Positions 15,890 through 25,091 of a DNA stretch of 27,484 nucleotides are shown here, piece by piece. The notes beneath the pieces are model-generated. The model saw nothing but the letters and a program-made list of their open reading frames with translations. It was not told the DNA's origin and ran no database searches. Position numbers and translations under genes: made by a program. Position 1 is the first letter of the stretch; each line of letters starts with the position of its first letter. This stretch comes from a virus (Duplodnaviria; Caudoviricetes): the IMG/VR virus record IMGVR_UViG_3300035140_000017, positions 1-27,484 of that record. One strand, 5' to 3'.

Positions 15890-18296
15890 AGTCAATTATT
15901 CTTACGAGCATGTCCCTACCATAAAAGCCTTCTCGAATTGCGACAGGCGCATTCGGGGCCTCATGGGACCGTTCAGTTCCGGGAAATCTTCGGGCTGCCT
16001 GTGGGAGATCATAAGAAGAAGCATGGCGCAAAAGCCGGGCAGGGACGGCATAAGGCGCACCAGGTGGGCTATAGTAAGAAATTCCTATCCCCAACTACGC
16101 GATACTACCATCAAAACAGTTCTGGACTGGTTTCCCCCCATAGTTTTTGGACAATACAAAATAGCCTCCCATGAATATCTAATCAAAGGTTTTAAGGGTA
16201 TGGAGATTGAGCTGCTGTTCAGGGCACTGGATAAGCCTGAGCACGTCTCAAATCTTCTGTCTCTGGAAATTACGGGCGCATGGATAAACGAGGCCAGAGA
16301 AGTACCGAAGGCGATCATAGAGGCCATTGACAGCAGAATAGGCCGGTTCCCCTCGGTAAGGGACGGTGGATGTACATGGAAGGGCATTATCATGGACACC
16401 AACCCGCCCGACGAGGATTCATGGTGGTATCACCTGTTTGAAGTAGATAGGCCGGAAAATGCGGCTATATTCAAGCAGCCGTCCGGCCTGAGTCCGCAGG
16501 CCGAGAACATATGCCCGCAGGGAAAAGTGTGCGACGATTATCCTGAAGGCAGAAAGCCCGGCAATGAGTGTGATTACTACACAGGACTGGCGGTAGGCAA
16601 GTCTCAGGCATACGTCGATGTCTACATCCACGGCAAATACGGATTTATCAAGGAAGGCAAGCCGGTATTTGAAAGATGTTTCAATGACAATTATCACGTA
16701 GCGTCCCATCCCATTATTCCGATCAGAAACACTGAACTCATACTTGGTTTTGATTTTGGCCTCACCCCCGCCTGTATTATTGCCCAGATCACTCCCAGAG
16801 GGTTTCTCAATATCCTCATGGAGCTGGAATCTGACGGCATGGGCATTCAGCGATTCGTGAGAAATATGGTGAAACCGGCCCTGAATACCAAATTCCCGGG
16901 CTATCCGATAGTCGTTACCGGCGATCCTGCCGGCCTCCAGCGGGGGCAGAGAGACGAGAAGACCTGCTTTGAAGCATTGAAGGAAGAAGGGTTCAAGGTA
17001 TCGCCGGCGCAATCAAATGATCTGGTAGCCAGGATAGGCTCTGTCGAGGACTTCCTTTCAAGGCTTACAGACGGACAGCCCACCTTCCAGCTTGACCCGT
17101 CCTGCAAGACTTTACGCAAAGGCTTCAACAAGGGATATCACTTCAGGAAAATAGCCGGAACGGAAGACAGGTATTCCATAGAGCCGACAAAGAACCAATA
17201 CAGCCATTGTCTGACAGGTGAAACTAACATATCAACTCCCTTTGGTAGCAAGCCGATCAAAGACATAAAGGTGGGGGACTATGTAGATACTCCGTTGGGT
17301 CCCAAAAAAGTGACCGCAACCATGAACAGCATAAGGGACAATCTAGTTGAGACAAAAATATCGAACGGCAAAAAGATAAAAAGCACCCACGATCACCCAT
17401 TTTATCTTGCTCAAAAAGGCCTTGCCAATGCTGATGCCTTACAGTACAATGACGTGCTAATAGGCATCAATACCAAGGAGGCAAAACAATGGGCAGAAAA
17501 GCAAAACATCCAATCCAGAAATTCAACGGAATCAGCTTTTACTGGAAACCACCTGGATATTATATGGCGGACTTTAGAGAACATGGTTCTCTCTATATGC
17601 ACAGATATGTCTGGGAGCATCACAACGGCCCAATACCAGACCAGCACCATGTGCACCATATCAATGGCGACCGGAGCGACAACCGAATTGAAAATCTCGG
17701 ACTTTGGCGCGAGAGAGAACATCTCTCATATCATTCCAAAAAATTACATGCCGAAAATCCAGAACGTGCTCTCAAGGGCATTGCAGCCGCACGGGAGGCA
17801 GCCAAGAAATGGCATCGCTCTGAAGCCGGGCGCAGATGGCACAGAGAGCATGGCAAAAGAACATGGGTCGGCAGGGAGTCCGAAGAGCACACATGCCGCC
17901 ATTGCGGAGAAAAATACAAGGTTCTCAGGGGAGCAAAAAAGCGGGGGTTTTGTTCGCCCAACTGCCAAACTCAGGCGAGGCGCATTTCTGGCGTTGACAA
18001 TGTTGAGCGCAAATGCACTGAGTGCGGCAAGGAGTTTTCTGTCAACAAGTATACCAAAGTCAAGACTTGCTCCAGAAGTTGTGGGGCAAAAGCGAGTGCA
18101 AGGACAAGAAAAGGTTTACGACCTAACCGTTGAGGGGGCGCACTGTTTTTATGCAGAAGGTGTCTTGGTAGGAAATTGCCATGATGCCCTGCAATATCTA
18201 TGCCTATATATTCTTGGCCGCATAAAAAAGATAGAAAAACGCAGAAAGCACGGCACAATCAGTAGGCCCCGCGTGTCTACGCCGGGAGGATATTGA
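15864..18296 (+). CDS. terL: Terminase large subunit containing an intein
   Basis: GPFSSGKS Walker A, RWAIVRNSYPQL, WINEARE Walker B, DTNPP, GFDFGLTPA nuclease motif, SH|CHDALQY. Confidence 0.95.
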   Translation: MEVNTKKIEVNYSYEHVPTIKAFSNCDRRIRGLMGPFSSGKSSGCLWEIIRRSMAQKPGRDGIRRTRWAIVRNSYPQLRDTTIKTVLDWFPPIVFGQYKIASHEYLIKGFKGMEIELLFRALDKPEHVSNLLSLEITGAWINEAREVPKAIIEAIDSRIGRFPSVRDGGCTWKGIIMDTNPPDEDSWWYHLFEVDRPENAAIFKQPSGLSPQAENICPQGKVCDDYPEGRKPGNECDYYTGLAVGKSQAYVDVYIHGKYGFIKEGKPVFERCFNDNYHVASHPIIPIRNTELILGFDFGLTPACIIAQITPRGFLNILMELESDGMGIQRFVRNMVKPALNTKFPGYPIVVTGDPAGLQRGQRDEKTCFEALKEEGFKVSPAQSNDLVARIGSVEDFLSRLTDGQPTFQLDPSCKTLRKGFNKGYHFRKIAGTEDRYSIEPTKNQYSHCLTGETNISTPFGSKPIKDIKVGDYVDTPLGPKKVTATMNSIRDNLVETKISNGKKIKSTHDHPFYLAQKGLANADALQYNDVLIGINTKEAKQWAEKQNIQSRNSTESAFTGNHLDIIWRTLENMVLSICTDMSGSITTAQYQTSTMCTISMATGATTELKISDFGARENISHIIPKNYMPKIQNVLSRALQPHGRQPRNGIALKPGADGTESMAKEHGSAGSPKSTHAAIAEKNTRFSGEQKSGGFVRPTAKLRRGAFLALTMLSANALSAARSFLSTSIPKSRLAPEVVGQKRVQGQEKVYDLTVEGAHCFYAEGVLVGNCHDALQYLCLYILGRIKKIEKRRKHGTISRPRVSTPGGY
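17208..18176 (+). mobile_element. Intein (323 aa) in the TerL nuclease domain
   Basis: Block A CLTGETNI, block B STHDHPFY (TxxH), block F VYDLTVEGAHCFYA, ends GN followed by Cys+1. Confidence 0.93.
17489..18133 (+). CDS. HNH homing endonuclease with C-terminal Zn fingers, nested out of frame in the intein
   Basis: AAGGAGG 17475-17481; MHRYVWEHHNGPIP..HHVHHINGDRSDNRIENL; CRHCG..FCSPNC; CTECG..TCSRSC. Confidence 0.9.
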   Translation: MGRKAKHPIQKFNGISFYWKPPGYYMADFREHGSLYMHRYVWEHHNGPIPDQHHVHHINGDRSDNRIENLGLWREREHLSYHSKKLHAENPERALKGIAAAREAAKKWHRSEAGRRWHREHGKRTWVGRESEEHTCRHCGEKYKVLRGAKKRGFCSPNCQTQARRISGVDNVERKCTECGKEFSVNKYTKVKTCSRSCGAKASARTRKGLRPNR

Positions 18297-18481
18297 TGTC
18301 GGAAAGGTACTTTCTGCCCAACGATGTTGCAAGATGCGCCGGAGTCTATGAGGAGGGAGAATGGCGGGAAGGGTGCGAGAGGTGTTTGAGGCGGCTGGCT
18401 CCGGGGCTAGGCTTCGGGAAGTGGGTATGGCATATAGACCCCGCTTTTGAGTGTGATTTGATTGAGAAATGGCCGGAATGA
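18296..18481 (+). CDS. Small Cys-containing phage protein
   Basis: GGAGG RBS; LPNDVARCAG...CERCLRR. Confidence 0.65.
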   Translation: MSERYFLPNDVARCAGVYEEGEWREGCERCLRRLAPGLGFGKWVWHIDPAFECDLIEKWPE

Positions 18482-18620
18482 GCAAGCATCGCAAGTCAGG
18501 CAAGGCCCCAAAGAGCCCGAAGATGAAAATGGCTATGAAGCTGGATGCTGAACGTTCATCTCGCAAGCCCAAACATTTTAACTGTAAGCATAAATCTGTT
18601 ACTGAACTTATGGGGTCTAA

Positions 18621-18809
18621 ATGAGCGCAAAGAGAAACAAGAAGCTTCGCAAGGAATACCGCAAAGAAGTTGAGGAGTTCATGAAAAACGGTGGACTTAT
18701 GGAGCTGTATTCTCTTATTATAAAACCCAAACCTCGGTGGATGCCGAAATGGATGTGGATGTTTTGTGTTAAGCTGTTCATAAACGTGCAGGAGGATAAC
18801 GATGCCTGA
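18621..18809 (+). CDS. Hypothetical protein
   Basis: KPKPRWMPKWMW; overlaps the portal start. Confidence 0.65.
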   Translation: MSAKRNKKLRKEYRKEVEEFMKNGGLMELYSLIIKPKPRWMPKWMWMFCVKLFINVQEDNDA

Positions 18810-20793
18810 GTCCGATAAAGTTCCCGTCAAGAAAAAAGTCCTGGATAGAATCGGGACTCTACTGAAGAAGAGGTTCGACGAAACCGAAAAGAATCGCCAA
18901 CTCTACAGAGAAGACGAATGGATGGAAAGCTTGAGACAGGTCAAGGGCATATATGACCCCGACATCCAGTCCAAGGTTAATGCAAAGGGCATGAGCAAGA
19001 TTTACCCTCGGTACACAAGAGGCAAGGTGGTGCCGGCAATCGCCAAGCTCAACGATCTTCTATTCCCCGATAACGACAGAAATTGGCAGATTAAGCCCAC
19101 CCCCAATCCCCGCCTTGAAGATGACCAGATACAGGAAATAGTGGACGCCCTAAATCCTGTGGATGCAGACGGAAATCCGAGAGAAGTCACGCAAGATGAG
19201 GTGGAGTTTGCTATCCAGTCTTTCGTGATCGACAGGACTCGCAAGATGCAAGAAACTATGGATGACCAGCTTACGGAGGCACGATACCGCACAAAAGCAA
19301 AGGCACAGATACGCTCCGGCGTATTTTACGGGACCGGAATACTTAAAGGCCCCCTGTCCAAGTCCTCCACGGTCATAGCCCTTGAAAAGAGAGAGGACGG
19401 GTCTTACGGACAAAGCGTAGATAAGAAGTACGATCCCTTCATAGATAACGTTTCGCTGTGGAGATGGTTTCCTGACATGACTTCGGTGGAGCTGGAGCAT
19501 TGCAATTTTGTGTTTGAGTTGCACTCCATGACCAAGCATGAGCTCAGAAGGCTGGCCAAGAAGAAGGGGTTTGATTCCAAGGCGATCAACAAATACATCA
19601 AGACTCAGCCTGACGGCGACTATAGGCTGAGGAACTGGGAAATAGACCTTAGAACCATGAAGGGGGACGAGAGCGTAAAGCGGGACACCGAGAACTATGA
19701 AGTCCTTGAATACAACGGCTATCTTGACGGGTCTGACCTTAAAGAAATAGGTGTTCTCAAGGATGATGATGATGCCGAAAAGGACTGGTTTGTAAGCGCA
19801 TGGATTTTGGGCAAGAAGGTAATCAAGCTCACCGTGTATAGGCACATGAGCAATCCGGCCCATCTTTATCATGTATTTTATTACGAGAAAGATGAGTCAA
19901 GCATATTCGGCGAGGGCCTGATAAGAATTATCAGAGATACGCAGCTTGCAATATGTTCCGGCAAAAGAGCCATGCTGGATAACGCCTCGTGGGTGGCTGG
20001 CCCCATATTAGAGATAAATGGGGATTTGATATCGGAGGAGCCACTTGGTGAAGTGTATCCGGGTAGGGTGTTCCAGAGAGAGGGCGAGGGGCCAAATGCG
20101 CAGTATCCGGCAATCAGGGTTTACAATATAGACTCTCACATTGGAGAGATGGTTTCCCTGCTAAACAAGCTGGAGGCCGACGGAGACATGGAATCCACCC
20201 TGCCGGCCCTTCTCACAAACGAGACCGTCCAGGGCAAAAATGAGACCGAGAAAGGTGTTTCTATTAGAGAGACAAGCCGCAATCTCACCATTCACGATAT
20301 AGTCAAGCAATTTGACGAATCGAACGAAAGCCTCATCAGGCAGCTTTACCACTGGAATATGAAATACAATCCTGACGATACCATCAAGGGAGACATGGAG
20401 GTTAAAGCTGTAGGCTCTTCATCTCTGGTTAGCAAGGAGGTGAGAACGCAGGCTCTCGACTTCTTCGCGCAGACGCTTGACGATGAGGACAAGGTTCACA
20501 TAAACAGGCGTAAATTCCTGCGGAGAAGGATAAAGATGCGCGACTTGCAGGATGAGGACATTATGAATAGCGAGGCAGAGGCCAATCAGATCATGGAGGC
20601 CAACAGGAGGGCCAGGGCCGAGGCAGAGGCAAGGGAAGCCGAGAAGATGGCCGCAGAGACCAGGTATGAACTCTCCAAGGCCGCCCACATGGAGTCCAAG
20701 GCAAAGGCGGTACTGGAAGGGCTGGCTTCCGAAGAGCTTGAAAAACTGGCTGAAGTGCTGTCGAAGATAAGGGAGTCGAGACGTGAAGAGTAG
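18802..20793 (+). CDS. Portal protein
   Basis: 663 aa after terL; YGTGILKGP, SIFGEGL, GDMEVKAVGSSSL motifs of podoviral portals. Confidence 0.88.
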   Translation: MPESDKVPVKKKVLDRIGTLLKKRFDETEKNRQLYREDEWMESLRQVKGIYDPDIQSKVNAKGMSKIYPRYTRGKVVPAIAKLNDLLFPDNDRNWQIKPTPNPRLEDDQIQEIVDALNPVDADGNPREVTQDEVEFAIQSFVIDRTRKMQETMDDQLTEARYRTKAKAQIRSGVFYGTGILKGPLSKSSTVIALEKREDGSYGQSVDKKYDPFIDNVSLWRWFPDMTSVELEHCNFVFELHSMTKHELRRLAKKKGFDSKAINKYIKTQPDGDYRLRNWEIDLRTMKGDESVKRDTENYEVLEYNGYLDGSDLKEIGVLKDDDDAEKDWFVSAWILGKKVIKLTVYRHMSNPAHLYHVFYYEKDESSIFGEGLIRIIRDTQLAICSGKRAMLDNASWVAGPILEINGDLISEEPLGEVYPGRVFQREGEGPNAQYPAIRVYNIDSHIGEMVSLLNKLEADGDMESTLPALLTNETVQGKNETEKGVSIRETSRNLTIHDIVKQFDESNESLIRQLYHWNMKYNPDDTIKGDMEVKAVGSSSLVSKEVRTQALDFFAQTLDDEDKVHINRRKFLRRRIKMRDLQDEDIMNSEAEANQIMEANRRARAEAEAREAEKMAAETRYELSKAAHMESKAKAVLEGLASEELEKLAEVLSKIRESRREE

Positions 20794-20983
20794 AAAACAA
20801 CTCGAAAAAAATATGCAAAGGTCGGCAGGCAAAAAGCCTTTTCTGGAATACGTTGATGCCTTGCTGGAGTCCAGCCACAAGCAGCTAGAAACAAGCGAAG
20901 GAGATGAAACCTTCAGGTTGCAGGGGGAGGCCAGATTGTGCCGAAGGCTAAAAAAAACGCTGTCTAAGGATGAAAATACTTGA
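20783..20983 (+). CDS. Small protein downstream of portal
   Basis: FRLQGEAR motif; typical position. Confidence 0.65.
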   Translation: MKSRKQLEKNMQRSAGKKPFLEYVDALLESSHKQLETSEGDETFRLQGEARLCRRLKKTLSKDENT

Positions 20984-21003
20984 CAAAAACCGGAAAGTGC
21001 GAT

Positions 21004-21162
21004 ATGAAAGACCCAATGAAGCTTTCTCGTGAAGAAAAAGACATTCTTACGGAAGCGCTGAGGAAGACAAAGAACTTGCCTCCGATGCAGGGGAGGATTA
21101 CTTTACATATTTCACCTGAATTAAAAGTGTCGGCAGCGGAGTTTAACTTTGTAAAAAAATAA
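21004..21162 (+). CDS. Small protein, possibly DUF2292/YezD-like
   Basis: Helix followed by GRITLHIS...VSAAEF beta-hairpin pattern; family assignment is tentative. Confidence 0.5.
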   Translation: MKDPMKLSREEKDILTEALRKTKNLPPMQGRITLHISPELKVSAAEFNFVKK

Positions 21163-21203
21163 TCTCTTAATAGCGGCACCTTTAAAACCTTAACAGGTAA
21201 CTT

Positions 21204-21258
21204 AAAGCCCGAACTGAACTATGCTTTATGCGTAGATTGGTCGGGCTTTTTTATTTTT
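21204..21258 (+). terminator. Long stem-loop with U tract upstream of the scaffold gene
   Basis: AAAGCCCGA...CTATGC tttat GCGTAG...TCGGGCTTT TTTATTTTT. Confidence 0.6.
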
Positions 21259-21318
21259 GCGGCATAAAATGCCGACATCAAATACGGCGGCCTACAGATT
21301 GAGGCCCAGGAGGAGAAC

Positions 21319-22332
21319 ATGTCACCAGAAAGCAAAGCAGCAGCAACACAAGAGGAGGATGAGTTTTCAAGCGCCTTTGAAGAGAGTCTAGGCAGAGGGG
21401 GCTCGGAGGAAGAGCCTACCGAAGGCAAAGACGAGGCAGATAGGGCTGAAGAGGAGCCTATATCTGAAGAAGGCGGAGAGGAGGAGCCTCCCGGTGAAGA
21501 ACCTGCTGAGGAAGGTGACGGAGATCAGGAGGAAAAACCCGAAGAGGAAGATGAGCCTACTGAGGAGGAGCCCAGCGAAAAAGAGTCGGCTGGTTCCGGC
21601 AAGGACGAGGTAGCCGAACTCAAGAAAGAACTGGAGGAAACCCAGCACAAGTATTCGACCTTATCCGGGATGTATAACTCGCTGGTCAAAAAGGTTCCTG
21701 GCGAGGAAGGCGAGCAGGAAAAGCCTGAGTCGGACAAGGAGCCCAAGGAAGACCCGGCCAAAGCTTCAATGGTGGATGTCATCAAGGAGCTTGATTCGGT
21801 TAAGCAGTTTTCCGACGAATTTGGGCCGGAGCTGTCAAAGGCATTCGAGGATATCGGGCTGGTAATGGATGGTCACATTGAAGACATCCAGAAGGCCCAC
21901 AAACAGGAGATAGAAGACATAAAGGGCACCCTCGACCCTCTCTATAGCGACTTTACCGAAACTTCGGCAAGGGAGCATTTCGCTGCGCTGGAGGAAGCAC
22001 ATCCTGATTTCAGAGAAATACGGGATGGCGGCGAACTTCAGGCATGGATTGACAAGCAGCCGGATTACAAGAGAAGGGCTTATGAGGAGGTCTACGAAAA
22101 CGGCGCTGCCGATGAGGTTATAGACCTGTTTTCGGACTTCAAGGCAGCCACGGGCTACAGGCAAGAAGAGCCTCCAGGTGGTGAAGAGGAAAAGAAAAAA
22201 AAGAAGGTCAACACCGAGGAGCTTGAAGAAATGGATGCCGTAACCGCCAGAAAGCCTCCTGTGTCTCCCGCAAAGGGCAGGATATCCAAGGACGACTTTG
22301 AAGCAGCATGGAGAGAAGCAAACCAAAAATAA
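21319..22332 (+). CDS. Putative capsid scaffolding protein
   Basis: Very acidic, coiled-coil, AHPDF motif; lies between portal and capsid genes. Confidence 0.75.
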   Translation: MSPESKAAATQEEDEFSSAFEESLGRGGSEEEPTEGKDEADRAEEEPISEEGGEEEPPGEEPAEEGDGDQEEKPEEEDEPTEEEPSEKESAGSGKDEVAELKKELEETQHKYSTLSGMYNSLVKKVPGEEGEQEKPESDKEPKEDPAKASMVDVIKELDSVKQFSDEFGPELSKAFEDIGLVMDGHIEDIQKAHKQEIEDIKGTLDPLYSDFTETSAREHFAALEEAHPDFREIRDGGELQAWIDKQPDYKRRAYEEVYENGAADEVIDLFSDFKAATGYRQEEPPGGEEEKKKKKVNTEELEEMDAVTARKPPVSPAKGRISKDDFEAAWREANQK

Positions 22333-22353
22333 AACCTGTCACAGGAGGAAATT

Positions 22354-23346
22354 ATGTCCTTAACACTTTATGGTGATATTTCACCACGTACAGCGGCTTT
22401 TGCCGCAACCGATCTTCTTGAGCGCGGACTGCCTCTTTTGGTGCTTGAGAAGTTCATGCAGGGCAAGCCCCTGCCAAGCAACAGCACGAAGTCCATGAAG
22501 TTCAGGCGCTATAAGGCGCTTGGCCTGGCAACTACACCTCTTACCGAGGGTGTAACGCCCACCAGCAAAAAGCTGACCCATGAGGACGTTGAAGTAACCC
22601 TCAAGCAGTACGGCGATCTCGTGGAGATCACGGATGTCATAGCCGACACTCACGAGGATAACGTTCTTAAGGAGGCAACTACTATACTTGGTGAGCAGTC
22701 CGCACAGACTATCGAGACCATTCGGTATAATGTGCTGAAGGCCGGCACAAACAAGTATTACGCCAACGGCACGGCCAGGACGGATGTCAACACCGCTATG
22801 TCGTCCAGCCTTCAGAAGAAGATAGTCAGGGCGCTCAAGAGGCAGAACGCTATGATGATGACTTCTATCATCAAGTCTACGGCCGACTTCAACACCGAGA
22901 ACGTACTGCCCTGCTATGTGGCTATCGCCCATACCGACCTCGAAAATGACCTGAGAGACCTGACAGGCTTCATCGATGTCAAGGACTACGGCAAAGGGAC
23001 CACTCCTTTTGAGGGCGAGATAGGCGCTGTCGGCAACGTGAGATACATCATCAGCAACATCTTTACGCCCTACGAGGACGGGGGCGGCGCCAAGGGTTCC
23101 ATGGTGTCTACCAGCGGAACCAAGGCAGATGTATATCCCATAATCTTTATGGGCAAGAACGCGTGGGCAGGCGTAGCTCTTAAAGGGGAGTATGCCATCA
23201 CTCCGATGGTTGTTAATCCCAACAAGCCCTCCAAATCCGACCCGATGGGACAGAGGGGCTATGTTGCGTGGAAGACCTTCCAGTCTGCTGTCATTCTCAA
23301 TGATTACTGGATGGCTGTGGCCGAGGTTGCTGCGACTGACCTATAA
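22354..23346 (+). CDS. Major capsid protein (N4-gp56 family)
   Basis: YGDISPRTA, KFRRY, LTEGVTP, LKQYG, GEIG, DVYP, KSDPMGQRGYVAWK. Confidence 0.93.
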   Translation: MSLTLYGDISPRTAAFAATDLLERGLPLLVLEKFMQGKPLPSNSTKSMKFRRYKALGLATTPLTEGVTPTSKKLTHEDVEVTLKQYGDLVEITDVIADTHEDNVLKEATTILGEQSAQTIETIRYNVLKAGTNKYYANGTARTDVNTAMSSSLQKKIVRALKRQNAMMMTSIIKSTADFNTENVLPCYVAIAHTDLENDLRDLTGFIDVKDYGKGTTPFEGEIGAVGNVRYIISNIFTPYEDGGGAKGSMVSTSGTKADVYPIIFMGKNAWAGVALKGEYAITPMVVNPNKPSKSDPMGQRGYVAWKTFQSAVILNDYWMAVAEVAATDL

Positions 23347-23353
23347 TTTTAAC

Positions 23354-23373
23354 GGGGAGGCTTCGGCCTCCCC
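23354..23373 (+). terminator. GC-rich hairpin after the capsid gene
   Basis: GGGGAGGC TTCG GCCTCCCC; no U tract, so possibly an mRNA-stabilising or weak terminator hairpin. Confidence 0.5.
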
Positions 23374-23396
23374 ATAACTCTCAAAGGAGGACAATC

Positions 23397-23867
23397 ATGG
23401 CTATAACAAAAATCAGCGATGCGATTGTGCATCAGCAGATCAGGGACTTGCTGGCAAACTTCCTGAATATGTGCTTCACAAAGGTAGGTCTTGCGATCTC
23501 CAGCACGAACACCAAGATCAAGACTGCCACGGCGGCCACATACTCTGTTGCCGGCGCCATGTATACCAAGGCCGCAACTTCGGCCATCACCATAACTGCG
23601 GGGCTCGATACCCAGGCTGTATCCAAGTTCTGCAAGTATCTGGTGAGCCTCGACGCATCCGGCAACTTTACGGTAACCAAGGGTTCCGATGCTGACACTG
23701 CGGCGGCGGCTGCACTTCCTGATGTCCCTGCCGACAACACTGCGGTAGGCTACTTTCAGGTCGAGACAGACGCTTCCACAACCTATGTTCCGGCAACCAC
23801 AGCACTTGACGATTCCGGCCTTACCGTAACTTATGTGGACCTCAGTACCGTAGTAACCGAAAGCTAA
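23397..23867 (+). CDS. Putative capsid decoration or other virion protein
   Basis: Ala/Thr-rich, directly after the capsid gene, strong RBS. Confidence 0.6.
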   Translation: MAITKISDAIVHQQIRDLLANFLNMCFTKVGLAISSTNTKIKTATAATYSVAGAMYTKAATSAITITAGLDTQAVSKFCKYLVSLDASGNFTVTKGSDADTAAAAALPDVPADNTAVGYFQVETDASTTYVPATTALDDSGLTVTYVDLSTVVTES

Positions 23868-23877
23868 GGAGGTTGAT

Positions 23878-24603
23878 ATGAAGAGGAAAATAACGATAAG
23901 CCTGCCGATAGCGCTTGTACTGATAGGCTTTTTGGCCGTCACGTACAGGGCGCCCGTTGTTGACGCAGCTATCAATGCTATCAGGCAGCTTAAGATCGAC
24001 CTTGCAGATGGCGACATACCCATCGCGGCTTCCAGCACTGAGCTGGCAGACGGCAAGATACTCATAGGCAACTCTTCAGGCAAGGCCGAGGCGCAGTCTA
24101 TGTCGGGTGATGTGGGCATAAGCAATGCCGGCGTGGCATTTATTGCTACCAGCTCCGTAGTTAATGCGGATGTAGCCGGAGACGCGGGGATAGAGTTTTC
24201 CAAATTCGAGACTCTTTCATCCACCAAGTTTTTGGTGGGCAATGCCTCTGGTGTGGCTACGGATGTTGTGATGTCGGGAGACGCCACTATGGACAATGCC
24301 GGTGCAGTTACCATCGGGGCCGGTACAGTCGAAACAGCCATGCTGGAAAGCGGCCTACAGCCAAGTCACGTCGTGAAGTATGCTGGCTTTGCAAATTGGT
24401 CGGGATATGGCAAGACGACCTATGTGCCCATTGTGGGGGCGTTGACTACCGATGTGATGCAAGCGACGCCCAAGACGGCCCAGGCCAGCGAGGGCTTGCA
24501 GAGTGCGTACATATACAGCAACAATACTGCTGTGTTCAACCTGTATACCGGCGAGATAAACTCTAAATCGTGGCAGTATACAGTCTATAGAGCTGCACCT
24601 TAG
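23878..24603 (+). CDS. Putative virion fibre-like protein with signal-peptide-like N-terminus
   Basis: Repeated 'I/LxGNxSG....MSGD..I.NAG' units; hydrophobic N-terminus. Confidence 0.6.
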   Translation: MKRKITISLPIALVLIGFLAVTYRAPVVDAAINAIRQLKIDLADGDIPIAASSTELADGKILIGNSSGKAEAQSMSGDVGISNAGVAFIATSSVVNADVAGDAGIEFSKFETLSSTKFLVGNASGVATDVVMSGDATMDNAGAVTIGAGTVETAMLESGLQPSHVVKYAGFANWSGYGKTTYVPIVGALTTDVMQATPKTAQASEGLQSAYIYSNNTAVFNLYTGEINSKSWQYTVYRAAP

Positions 24604-24608
24604 CACTC

Positions 24609-24634
24609 AAGGGGCCTCTGCTTAGAGGCCCCTT
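24609..24634 (+). terminator. Hairpin, putative terminator
   Basis: AAGGGGCCTCT GCTT AGAGGCCCCTT followed by an AT-rich tract. Confidence 0.55.
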
Positions 24635-24659
24635 AATTTAAAAACAGGAGGAAGTCAAG

Positions 24660-25091
24660 ATGGCAAGAAAGAAAGGAACAGGACATGAGTCCGAGGCCGA
24701 AGTTCAGGAGCCTACACACGAGGCTGCTGAGAATGGAGTGGAGAGCGAGGATGCGGTAGACGCTACTCCAGATGTAGTTGCCCCCGAAGTCGACGAGGAG
24801 GCCGCCAAAAAAGAGTCCGCGGTCGAGGAAAACAGGGGACCCAGGATGTTCAGGATAATCATTAATGAGCAGGACAACTGGGATCACAACAACGACGTTC
24901 CCGTTACTGACCCCAGCACCGGCGTTCAGTACCTTATAAAAAGGAACGAGGAGGTTGTTGTCCCGGAAGGGGTTGTCAACAATCTGAGGGAGAGCGTCAT
25001 CGAGCAGCTTGAGTACGACGAGGATGGCAACGAAAAAACACGGAGGATTCCAAGATTTTCCTTTCAGGTCTTGGGTGAAGAAAAGGGATAG
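24660..25091 (+). CDS. Virion-module protein of unknown function
   Basis: YLIKRNEEVVVPEGVVNNL...IPRFSFQV; RBS present. Confidence 0.65.
   Translation: MARKKGTGHESEAEVQEPTHEAAENGVESEDAVDATPDVVAPEVDEEAAKKESAVEENRGPRMFRIIINEQDNWDHNNDVPVTDPSTGVQYLIKRNEEVVVPEGVVNNLRESVIEQLEYDEDGNEKTRRIPRFSFQVLGEEKG

Noticed and set aside
23349-24341. 330-aa minus-strand ORF
   Set aside because: Antisense shadow across two well-formed plus-strand structural genes.
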